Shown here one piece after another: positions 56,871 through 64,000 of a stretch of 64,000 bases of DNA. The DNA comes from Candidatus Acidiferrales bacterium (GTDB taxonomy: Archaea; Thermoproteota; Bathyarchaeia; Bathyarchaeales; Bathycorpusculaceae): NCBI GenBank assembly GCA_035625495.1, contig DASPPK010000053.1, positions 5,285 to 69,284 on the forward strand, written 5' to 3'. Below the pieces are notes generated by a model. The model worked only from the letters and a program-made list of their open reading frames with translations. It searched no databases and was not told the origin of the DNA. Each line of letters opens with the position of its first letter. The stretch's first letter is position 1. The position numbers were made by a program, and so were the translations under genes.

Positions 56871-57911
56871 CTAATAATGTCGGGTGTAAGGTGTACCCGC
56901 CAATGTTATGATTTCTTCGTCTTTCTTCCGTGCCACATCAGTCTTTTGCGAAATAGGCTCGGTCGCCTTCTCGTTTCTTAGAAGTTGCGCCGTTACTGCT
57001 TGTGTTTCATTTGCAAGGTTCCGTATTGCTCTTAACATCGTAGCTACTTGAGCACCCTTGGCGGTCAGGGAGTAGGTTATCGGTTCTTTTCTCGTGAAGA
57101 CCAACTTCTTTCCCTTCAACTTTCTCAGATACTTGTACGTTCTTCTCAGCGAGATTTCGGTCTTCTCCGATAGTTTTTTTGCAGAGACTCCGTCAGCAGG
57201 AATGTTTTTGTACACTCTTATCTCGGTTGGCGAAAACATTTCCAGATTTGAATCTCTTCTTGTTTTGAATATAAATATGTAGTTTTTCTCCTTGCTCGTC
57301 TCGATTAATCCTGTCTTTTGTAGTCGGCTGAGGACTCTTGCAACGCTTTTGGCGGGAATAATCATTCTCGCGTCTTGGTAGGTTCTCCGTCTTTCCAGGA
57401 GAGCATCCAGTATCGTTTCTTCGTAGCATTCCGAGTGAGGAGGTAGAACGTTTTCTAAATCTTGGAAATTCCTTATGAACTCGTTGACTTTGCAGCCAAG
57501 CACAGTTGTGTGAAAGGGATTCTGAGCTTCTTGTACGAGCCCGACCTCGATCATTGGGTTGATGTATTCCTCAACTATGGTCTGCTGACTATGGCGAAAG
57601 CCAAACGATGCAAGCTTCTGCTGAAGTTGAGATAAGGAATAGCCCTGCGTTGAAATCAAGTCGAGTATTTGCAGTCGCCTGCCGTTCTTCAGCGTATTCA
57701 GCAACTGTTCGACAAAATTTGGTCTCTGCATTTTTTCGCCTATCTTTCTGAGCTGGTTTTTCAGCTTCCAAGTCTTACAGTCCGTTATGCATGTGATGGG
57801 GCTGAGCGGGTTACAACTCTTACACTTCTCTTCCAAACTCGTTAGGATATTCACTAGGCTTGCATACTTTTCAGTATCCAGAGCTGAGTTTGAGTGATTT
57901 TGGGTTTCCAT
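56871..57911 (-). CDS. multi-winged-helix transcriptional regulator with N-terminal Cys4 motif
   Basis: 346 aa. CKSCNPLSPITCITDC (CxxC-x8-CxxxC), followed by at least three wHTH-like modules (RLQILDLISTQGYSLSQL; VARVLSRLQKTGLIE; SAKKLSEKTEISLRRTYKYLRKL). Confidence 0.7.
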   Translation of the reverse strand: METQNHSNSALDTEKYASLVNILTSLEEKCKSCNPLSPITCITDCKTWKLKNQLRKIGEKMQRPNFVEQLLNTLKNGRRLQILDLISTQGYSLSQLQQKLASFGFRHSQQTIVEEYINPMIEVGLVQEAQNPFHTTVLGCKVNEFIRNFQDLENVLPPHSECYEETILDALLERRRTYQDARMIIPAKSVARVLSRLQKTGLIETSKEKNYIFIFKTRRDSNLEMFSPTEIRVYKNIPADGVSAKKLSEKTEISLRRTYKYLRKLKGKKLVFTRKEPITYSLTAKGAQVATMLRAIRNLANETQAVTAQLLRNEKATEPISQKTDVARKKDEEIITLAGTPYTRHY

Positions 57912-58002
57912 TCTTCGATTACCTTCAGGCGCATGTCATGGCAGGCTGAGAAAGGAATCGGATTTGCGCTTAAAACCAGATTTTGGGGATGCTAAACCTG
58001 TC

Positions 58003-58037
58003 ATGACATACGTCATAAAAAGTATGACATACGTCAT
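58003..58037. promoter_or_regulatory. two copies of a 14-bp palindrome (putative operator)
   Basis: ATGACATACGTCAT occurs at 58003-58016 and again at 58024-58037, 21 bp centre to centre. The second copy abuts the TATA-like box at 58039-58046. Confidence 0.6.
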
Positions 58038-58038
58038 C

Positions 58039-58046
58039 TTTATATA
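58039..58046 (+). promoter_or_regulatory. TATA-box-like element for the HTH-htrA unit
   Basis: TTTATATA lies 37-44 nt upstream of TTG 58083. Confidence 0.5.
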
Positions 58047-58082
58047 CTTTTCCACCATGGTAAATCAAATGGTGAATACTTA

Positions 58083-58484
58083 TTGATACTTCCGTGCGAA
58101 GTCGCTGTAAAATCAGTCGTGCCTGCAGTGAAGGCGTTAATGGCACAACAACTAGTCGAACAGTATGGCATGAACCAGGAACAGGTGGCAGAAATCCTTG
58201 GGATATCGCAGTCTGCAGTGAGCAAGTACTTCAGAAAGGTCAGAGGACACGTTATAGAGGTTGACAAAGTGCAGGAAGCCCGACCTCTCATTGCCAGCAT
58301 GGTGATAATGGTCGTGAACGGAGAGTCTCGTAGGGCAGAGTTCTTGCAGCTTTTCTGCGAGACATGTGGAACCATAAGGAAAACGGGTATGGTGTGCCGA
58401 TTCTGCAAAAAGTCAGATCCGAAAATAAAAACAGAAGAGTGCGGTTTCTGTATGGAGCTGAGGTTAGGCAAAAAGAGAAGGTAG
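58083..58484 (+). CDS. HTH transcriptional regulator (COG2522-like) with C-terminal three CxxC pairs
   Basis: 133 aa. NQEQVAEILGISQSAVSKYF helix-turn-helix. C-terminus CETC-x10-CRFC-x11-CGFC. Confidence 0.75.
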   Translation: MILPCEVAVKSVVPAVKALMAQQLVEQYGMNQEQVAEILGISQSAVSKYFRKVRGHVIEVDKVQEARPLIASMVIMVVNGESRRAEFLQLFCETCGTIRKTGMVCRFCKKSDPKIKTEECGFCMELRLGKKRR

Positions 58485-58488
58485 AAGC

Positions 58489-59424
58489 ATGTCTTCCTTC
58501 GATGAGAAGGCCGTTCTTGATGTTCTGGAAAGAGTGAGCAAAAGTGTCGTGAACATAAGCACGGTTAAGCTTGTCAGTCGGATGTTTTATCAAGCGGTCC
58601 CCGTGGAGGGCATGGGTTCTGGGACGATAACAGACCCGAAAGGGGATATATTGACTAACAACCACGTCGTCGGAGGCGCTCAGAAGATAGGTGTGACGCT
58701 GTGGAACGGAGAAGTGTTGGAGGGGGCGATAGTGGGGGCGTGCGCTGTTCATGATACTGCAATCGTGCGTGTTAGAAGACAAGGTTTGGAAGCGGCAGAG
58801 CTAGGGGATTCTGAAAAGCTGAGGGTTGGCCAGAGAGTCTATGCGATCGGAAACCCGTTCGGATTGGCTGGGGGGCCCACGGTTACGTCTGGAGTGATCA
58901 GCGCAACCAAGAGAACGATAGAATCTCAGAGAGGGCTAGTGGAAAACCTCGTTCAAACTGACGCGGCGATAAACCCCGGAAACAGTGGCGGTCCTCTCGT
59001 GGACCTTGAAGGAAAGGTCATCGCGATAAACACAGCGATAATCCCTTATGCTCAGGGAATAGGGTTTGCTATTCCTATAAACATGGCGAAGAAGTGCACG
59101 AGCGAAATGATTATGGACGGTGTTTCTGTCAGACCTTGGCTAGGGATAGTCGGCCTAAGCCTTAACGAGGACATAGCTCAATACTACAATCTGCCGTTGG
59201 AGCATGGTGTTCTCGTATCCAAGGTCAATGACGGCAGCCCGGCACAGCACGCAGGTCTTATTATGGGCGACATAATCCTGAGAATGGACAACGTGAAGAT
59301 CGATACCATCGAGGACTTGTTGAACGATATTCACAAGAGAAGGGTCGGTGAAAAGGTGAGAATTACAGTCTTCCGCAGAGGTTTCGAACAGTTCTTCGAA
59401 GTTACTTTGAGCAAAATGCCCTAA
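58489..59424 (+). CDS. htrA: HtrA/DegP-family serine protease with PDZ domain
   Basis: 311 aa. Catalytic TNNHVV, DTAIV and GNSGGPL, with a C-terminal PDZ (GVLVSKVNDGSPAQHAGL..GDII). Confidence 0.9.
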   Translation: MSSFDEKAVLDVLERVSKSVVNISTVKLVSRMFYQAVPVEGMGSGTITDPKGDILTNNHVVGGAQKIGVTLWNGEVLEGAIVGACAVHDTAIVRVRRQGLEAAELGDSEKLRVGQRVYAIGNPFGLAGGPTVTSGVISATKRTIESQRGLVENLVQTDAAINPGNSGGPLVDLEGKVIAINTAIIPYAQGIGFAIPINMAKKCTSEMIMDGVSVRPWLGIVGLSLNEDIAQYYNLPLEHGVLVSKVNDGSPAQHAGLIMGDIILRMDNVKIDTIEDLLNDIHKRRVGEKVRITVFRRGFEQFFEVTLSKMP

Positions 59425-59662
59425 TCATTCTTTGTACTCCTAGTCTCAGTTTCTGGGTGTTTCCCTCTCCTGTATCCAATTGATGGTTCCGATCTTTTAG
59501 CGCGCGCGCCGGGGATCAGCTACAATAGTGGCATTGGTGACCATGCTGGCATTCTTGATTCAAAGAATTCGAGGAAGAATGAATCGGCTGCAAGAAATCG
59601 AAGGCTCACGTATGATTCCTGGCTGAAACATTTAATACGCCTTTTCTCGCAGTTATCTAGGC

Positions 59663-60058
59663 GTGATTATCATGGAGACCTTAGACGTGAATGCGAGCAA
59701 CTGGGAACCCGAAATCTCAAAGTCTACTATTTTGACGATTGTCTATTTCTGGCATGAACAATGTCCATGGTGTTTCAGGTTCAACCCCATTCTCGAGGAG
59801 GTCGAAGAAGAGTACAAAGGAAAGATAAAGTTTGCGAAGCTGAACGTGCTTGCAAGCCCATCTAATCAGGAGATAGCGAACAACTTCGGCGTAATGAGCA
59901 CTCCTACGTTACTGTTCCTGTGCAGGGGAAGACCAGTGGGACAGATTGTAGGCCTAATGTCCAAAGAAGACTTAGAGAGAGGATTAAACGATATGCTTGC
60001 AAGGTACAAAGGCTGTCTAAGTCAAAGCACAGAGCTAAGGCCAGCCTACATCGTGTGA
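59663..60058 (+). CDS. trx: thioredoxin
   Basis: CPWC active site and cis-Pro TPT. ATG 59672 is an alternative to GTG 59663. Confidence 0.85.
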   Translation: MIIMETLDVNASNWEPEISKSTILTIVYFWHEQCPWCFRFNPILEEVEEEYKGKIKFAKLNVLASPSNQEIANNFGVMSTPTLLFLCRGRPVGQIVGLMSKEDLERGLNDMLARYKGCLSQSTELRPAYIV

Positions 60059-60279
60059 AGATTAGTTGGCGATCAGACTTGGCTGTCCGCTGTCACAAAC
60101 GCTTGAAAGCCATATTAGCTCCGAAATTTTCTAGTTAGATCGATAAAATTCGCGGGCTCTAGGTCTACCATAGATGAAGAACAAACCTAAATTCTTAAGG
60201 CCTCACACTCAACCTTGGTTACTCTTACCCAAAAAAAGTAATACGTTTGACGCATGAAACCAGCCGACGGCGACCCAGC

Positions 60280-61086
60280 ATGTCAAAAAGGCTGAACCCA
60301 AGCAAGCTCCAAGAAGGCTTAAGAACAAGACTTCTGGGCAAAAGCATCTTATTCTCTGAGGAAGTGGCCTCAACAAACGAGTGGGCCAAGAAGCTGGCGA
60401 GCCGAGGTGCGCTAGAGGGCTGGGTTGCTATTGCGGAAACTCAGACCCACGGGCGGGGAAGGCTTGACCGCGAATGGATCTCACCGCTTGGAGGCCTGTG
60501 GTTCTCGTTGATTCTCAGGCCTAAACAACGCTTGGCCAAAGCTGCCAAACTCACATATGTGGGTGGCCTCGCAGTCGCTGAGACTCTGCATGAAGAGTAC
60601 GGCCTGAGCGCTCAGACCAAGTGGCCCAACGATGTACTCGTGAACGGGCGCAAAATCTGCGGCATACTCGGCGAAGCGAGCACGATGGGCAAAGAAATCA
60701 ACTATGTCATCTTGGGAATCGGAATAAACGCCAACTTCGACGCTGAACGAGTCTTACCAGAATCGATTAGAGCAGGGGCCACGTCGTTGGAAACGGAACT
60801 CAACCGAAGAATTCAGCTTGAAGGACTCTTCATCAGACTGCTAGAGAAGTTGGAAGCGACCTATGCGCTCTACAACAGAAGAGGCTTCAGTTTTATTCTT
60901 AAGCAATGGAAAAAGTATGCTTGCTTCCTCGGCAAAGAGGTCGAAGTAAGAGACAGAATCGAAAAAACGATTGGATTGGCTTATGACGTGGACATGGATG
61001 GATCCCTGATTCTCATGCTTGAGAACGGAGTCTTTAAACATGTTTTCGCCGGAGAAGTGTATCTGCGGACAAGTGAAAACAGTTGA
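60280..61086 (+). CDS. birA: biotin--[acetyl-CoA-carboxylase] ligase (no N-terminal HTH)
   Basis: GRGRLDREW biotin-binding loop, KWPND, and a C-terminal SH3-like domain. ATG 60280 was chosen within ORF 60247..61086. Confidence 0.88.
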   Translation: MSKRLNPSKLQEGLRTRLLGKSILFSEEVASTNEWAKKLASRGALEGWVAIAETQTHGRGRLDREWISPLGGLWFSLILRPKQRLAKAAKLTYVGGLAVAETLHEEYGLSAQTKWPNDVLVNGRKICGILGEASTMGKEINYVILGIGINANFDAERVLPESIRAGATSLETELNRRIQLEGLFIRLLEKLEATYALYNRRGFSFILKQWKKYACFLGKEVEVRDRIEKTIGLAYDVDMDGSLILMLENGVFKHVFAGEVYLRTSENS

Positions 61087-61226
61087 CTTAACTCTTTAGC
61101 ATCACGCATTGGAAACCTGTGAAAAACGTTGCGCGAGACCTCTGCATTAAAACTGCACTCAACTGCGTCCTAGGGATCAAACAAAAATAAGGGTTTGTCT
61201 GGAATTGGGATGTGGCCCAAAAAAGC

Positions 61227-61445
61227 CTAAGCTAAGGCTTTGAGCTTTGCGATCAGTTCTTTCTTCATCTTTTCGTTTCCCTGAATCTGCGTTCTAGCCT
61301 TTCGCCAGTTTGAGGAGCAGGTTCCGTAGCTCGACTGCTCGCCGATGTACTTGTGAATGACCTCGTCTACTTTGCTCTTGTTCTTCTCGTTCACCTTGAC
61401 ACCGGCTTCTTTCAGCACGTCGTTAAACCATTTCCAGCAAGCCAA
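61227..61445 (-). CDS. small hypothetical protein
   Basis: 72 aa, charged and helical. Last gene of the minus-strand isc-associated string. No recognisable family. Confidence 0.45.
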   Translation of the reverse strand: MACWKWFNDVLKEAGVKVNEKNKSKVDEVIHKYIGEQSSYGTCSSNWRKARTQIQGNEKMKKELIAKLKALA

Positions 61446-61507
61446 CGCATATCACCTTTCACCACGCGAGTTTTACGCGTTCCATGCTTAAAACTTTCTG
61501 TCCTCAG

Positions 61508-61669
61508 CTATTTTGCCTTTGCTTTCTTCTGCTCGTACCGTTCGGCGCATCTGACGCAGCAGAAGGCATACTCTTTTCCGTCTATCGTGGTTGTGTAAGC
61601 GGCGAGTCTGCACGTTTCTGTCGGTATCTCAGCCCTGCAGTATTCACATTTGACGAATTTGGGTTTTAT
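61508..61669 (-). CDS. TRASH/YHS-like zinc-ribbon ORF lacking a canonical start codon
   Basis: Manual translation gives (I)KPKFVKCEYCRAEIPTETCRLAAYTTTIDGKEYAFCCVRCAERYEQKKAKAK*. The pattern is CxxC-x25-CxxxC. GAGGTGA lies 4 nt upstream of ATA 61669-61667. There is no ATG/GTG/TTG in frame back to the stop at 61730-61732. Confidence 0.35.
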   Translation of the reverse strand: MKPKFVKCEYCRAEIPTETCRLAAYTTTIDGKEYAFCCVRCAERYEQKKAKAK

Positions 61670-62052
61670 TCTTTCACCTCTTTGGCCTTCTGTCTCTTGT
61701 GATAGTCCTCTATGGCAGCGTGCAGCGCGTCAGCCGCGAGGTTTGAACAGTGCATCTTGATAGGAGGCAAGCCGCCGAGAGAGTCCGCGACGTTTGCTCG
61801 GGTGATTTTCATTCCCTCTTCTAACGTTTTCCCCTTGGCCAGCTCCGTGATCATGCTGCTCGTCGCGATCGCTGACCCGCAACCGAAAGTTTTGAACTTG
61901 ATGTCTTCGAGTCGATTGTCCTTGACCTTGATGTAAATTGTCATGAGGTCTCCGCAAACGGGGTTGCCCACCGTTCCCACACCATCTGCATCCGGGATCT
62001 CGCCCATGTTCCGTGGGTTCCTGAAGTGCTCCATCACTTTCTCGGTGTACAT
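61666..62052 (-). CDS. iscU: IscU/NifU-like Fe-S cluster scaffold
   Basis: 128 aa. GNPVCGD, FKTFGCGSAIA and HCSNLA cluster-ligand motifs. Confidence 0.92.
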   Translation of the reverse strand: MYTEKVMEHFRNPRNMGEIPDADGVGTVGNPVCGDLMTIYIKVKDNRLEDIKFKTFGCGSAIATSSMITELAKGKTLEEGMKITRANVADSLGGLPPIKMHCSNLAADALHAAIEDYHKRQKAKEVKE

Positions 62053-63236
62053 CAGGCGTTCAGCTCCTTCGGAGTTAACGGCGATATCGCTCTTAACCTT
62101 TTTACTATGCCAGGCATCAGGCCTATCACGTAATCAACCTGTTCCTCAGTGTTCTCCTTCCCCAGGGTGAACATCAGGGAACCGTGAGCCTCCTCGTGTT
62201 TAAGTCCAATTGCTAGCAACACGTGCGAAGGTTCCAAGGTTTTTGCTGTGCAGGCTGAACCGGACGACGCATAAACGCCCATCATGTCCAGCCCCAGCAG
62301 CATCGATTCACCCTCTATGAAACTGTACCTAACAGAAACGTTGTCGGGCAGTCGTTCGGTCGGATGCCCATTTAAGAATGAATATGGAATTGGATTCAAC
62401 AAACCCTCAATGAATCTGTCTCTCAACCTCGTCAGCTGGAGGCTATTACTCTGCATTTCCATCTTGGCTATTTCAGCAGCTTTTCCGAAACCAACTATGC
62501 CAGGCAGGTTTTCTGTTCCTGACCTTAACCCGCGTTCCTGTCCGCCACCATGCAACAATGGTTCCACACGCACTCCTTCCTTGATGTACAGGGCACCGAC
62601 ACCCTTAGGGCCATACATGTCGTTGGAGGAAATCGTAAGCAGGTCTATGTTCTCTTTTTTCACGTCTATCGGAACCAGGCCACAAGCGGCTGTGGCATCC
62701 ACATGGAAGTAAGCGTTCTTGCCGTGCACAATCTTGCTGATTTCCTTAATGTGCTCAACTGTTCCTATTTCGCCGTTTGCGTACACGATAGAAACGAGGA
62801 TTGTCTTATCGGACAGCACGTTTTCTAGGTTCTCGAGAATCACAAAACCGTACTTGTCAACTGGGACGAAGACGGATTCGAATCCTCTTGTGGTCAAGAA
62901 CTTGAACGAGTTTACCACTGACATGTGCTCAATCGCTGACGTTATTATTCGTGTTCCACGGTCCTTATTCCGATTTGCAACCCCTTTTATAGCCATGTTG
63001 TTGCTCTCAGTGGCTCCTGAAGTGAAAATTATAGACTCCCTTTTTTCAGCGTTAATCAATTCAGCAACTTTTGCCCTTGCGCCTTCAAGCGCACGCTTAG
63101 CTTCTTGGCCGAACACGTGCAAGGATGAAGCGTTGCCGTAAGACGATTCCATATAAGGAAGCATGGCCTCTGTGACCCGAGGGTCAACAGGCTTTCCAGC
63201 CATATGGTCCATGTAAACTCGTTTGGTCGTCGACAT
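62052..63236 (-). CDS. iscS: cysteine desulfurase (IscS/NifS class I)
   Basis: 394 aa. Aminotransferase class V fold, active-site loop SSGSACTA, and a 1-nt overlap with the iscU start. Confidence 0.92.
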   Translation of the reverse strand: MSTTKRVYMDHMAGKPVDPRVTEAMLPYMESSYGNASSLHVFGQEAKRALEGARAKVAELINAEKRESIIFTSGATESNNMAIKGVANRNKDRGTRIITSAIEHMSVVNSFKFLTTRGFESVFVPVDKYGFVILENLENVLSDKTILVSIVYANGEIGTVEHIKEISKIVHGKNAYFHVDATAACGLVPIDVKKENIDLLTISSNDMYGPKGVGALYIKEGVRVEPLLHGGGQERGLRSGTENLPGIVGFGKAAEIAKMEMQSNSLQLTRLRDRFIEGLLNPIPYSFLNGHPTERLPDNVSVRYSFIEGESMLLGLDMMGVYASSGSACTAKTLEPSHVLLAIGLKHEEAHGSLMFTLGKENTEEQVDYVIGLMPGIVKRLRAISPLTPKELNA

Positions 63237-63269
63237 GCATCATTCACTTGACACGAGTTTAACTAATTC

Positions 63270-63506
63270 TCACTTAACCTTTCTAATCAATATTTGAACT
63301 TCGTTTCCTTTCTTGGTCACGCTTACAAGTTCTTGCTCCAAGTTCTTCACGAGGCTCCTAATGTCTGACTCTGCGGCCGGGTCATCTGCCAAGACCTTCA
63401 GCGTCTCGCCGACCTTCAGCTCATCCAGTTCCATTCTGGTCTTGAAAACAGGCTCAGGACAGTATAGACCTAAGCAATCCAACGTTCTGTCAGCCTTTTC
63501 TTTCAT
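63270..63506 (-). CDS. tusA: TusA/SirA-family sulfur carrier
   Basis: 78 aa. LDCLGLYCPEP (CPxP motif). Confidence 0.85.
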   Translation of the reverse strand: MKEKADRTLDCLGLYCPEPVFKTRMELDELKVGETLKVLADDPAAESDIRSLVKNLEQELVSVTKKGNEVQILIRKVK

Positions 63507-63628
63507 GACATCCCTTCATTCACTATGGCTTAAGGATAAAAGTAAAAAGTTTTTCGTACAACCATCTGTTTTCAAAGTGGCCTTGGTCGCGGAGAAAAAT
63601 GCAAGCAGTGTTTGCGGTTGCTCATTGT

Positions 63629-63940
63629 TCACTGAGCTATTTTTATCGCTTGAGTAGGACATTGAGTTTCGCATGCCATGCATTTTATGCAGTCTTGTTC
63701 TCTCACAGGGTCAGACTTCTTTTCAGAAACAGGGTGCCCAGGTGAGTCTCCCCAGTCGAACACTGTCACGGGACAAACTTCCAAGCAGACGCCGTCTCCG
63801 GTGCAAACGTCCCAATCAACTGCAACAGTTGTTCCATGGACACCGAGCTTTTTGGGAGCTTCAACAGGCCCCCAAACGTCGTGGCCCTGATGTTTACTGA
63901 CGACCTTGCGTTTCTTCTGAAAATCTGGGTCTATCGGCAA
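63629..63940 (-). CDS. zfx: zinc-containing ferredoxin (Sulfolobus Zfx type, 2 x Fe-S motifs)
   Basis: N-terminal extension with HQGH...GVHG zinc ligands, then CTGDGVCLEVCP and CIKCMACETQCP. With TTG 63940 (GGTGA 7 nt upstream) the N-terminus MPIDPDFQKK aligns with Sulfolobus MGIDPNYRTN as I recall it. The ORF track extends it to GTG 63961. Confidence 0.85.
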   Translation of the reverse strand: MPIDPDFQKKRKVVSKHQGHDVWGPVEAPKKLGVHGTTVAVDWDVCTGDGVCLEVCPVTVFDWGDSPGHPVSEKKSDPVREQDCIKCMACETQCPTQAIKIAQ

Positions 63941-63973
63941 GACTTTTTCACCTATGAACACGATAGGCGGTGG

Positions 63974-63981
63974 AAATATAA
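63974..63981 (-). promoter_or_regulatory. TATA-box-like element upstream of zfx
   Basis: The minus strand reads TTATATTT, 34-41 nt upstream of TTG 63940. It lies too close to GTG 63961 to serve that start. Confidence 0.4.
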
Positions 63982-64000
63982 CCCTTTTGCTGTCATCAGA

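Noticed and set aside
58040-58782. Minus-strand ORFs 58040..58471 (143 aa) and 58288..58782 (164 aa)
   Set aside because: They are antisense to the HTH regulator and htrA, which have clear family motifs. Their composition is typical of shadow ORFs.
63993-63998. C-box-like TGATGA (minus strand) at the window edge as part of a C/D box sRNA
   Set aside because: No D box (CTGA) sits at appropriate spacing within the window. The site lies upstream of the zfx TATA-like box, and the sequence beyond the window is unknown.
1-64000. Looked for CRISPR arrays, rRNA genes, IS elements/transposases and integrases
   Set aside because: I saw no regularly spaced 25-40-nt direct repeats. No ORF has transposase or integrase motifs. 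No rRNA-like non-coding stretch exists; the longest non-coding gaps are only ~0.4-0.5 kb.

Overview
This is an archaeal chromosomal segment. It carries the archaeal-type ribosomal-protein cluster with eS4, eL32, eL19, eL34 and RNase P subunit Rpp29, plus a Sulfolobus-type zinc ferredoxin, so it is probably a TACK-group (Thermoproteota-like) organism; that placement is inference only. Nearly all of the window is protein-coding.

Gene content from left to right:
- 1-7000: thiolase/DUF35 pair, hydrolase, acyl-CoA ligase, a radical-SAM enzyme resembling tetraether lipid synthase, and an MFS transporter.
- 7.1-12.3 kb: hypF-hypC-hypD, with hypE convergent.
- 12.8-25.7 kb: the uL22-to-cmk ribosomal/SecY/Adk cluster, interrupted by an Hsp20 gene.
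- 25.9-29.8 kb: a radical-SAM/SPASM gene, two GT2 glycosyltransferases and a PurM-like gene.
- 29.9-36.4 kb: pdxST, DNA ligase, a ThiF-like E1, tRNA-Cys and an M24 peptidase.
- 37.6-45.6 kb: arsC, an H+-type P-ATPase, Mrp/NBP35, CopA, an HMA-thioredoxin fusion and TrxR.
- 45.7-47.3 kb: PiT/DUF47 phosphate transport pair.
- 47.6-52.6 kb: a surface-protein island with a G1 peptidase, a membrane wHTH, an Ig-like repeat protein and a cohesin-CARDB-dockerin protein.
- 53.0-56.6 kb: flavodoxin, a ferritin-like protein, ferredoxin and a two-subunit group-3-like [NiFe] hydrogenase.
- 56.9-61.1 kb: two Cys-rich HTH regulators, HtrA, thioredoxin and BirA.
- 61.2-64.0 kb: an iscS-iscU-tusA-zfx cluster.

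I saw no CRISPR array, rRNA, transposase or integrase.

The most interesting candidates are:
- A tandem palindromic operator in front of a Cys6-HTH/HtrA unit, next to an orphan hydrogenase.
- An HMA-thioredoxin fusion downstream of a YHS-type CopA.
- A cohesin/dockerin surface module with an anchored glutamic peptidase.
- A TRASH-like ORF after iscU that has a strong SD but no canonical start codon.
- An Hsp20 gene with its own terminator and promoter splitting the ribosomal operon.
- A tRNA-Cys 3'-end direct repeat.

All family assignments come from motif recognition by eye. No database search was run.
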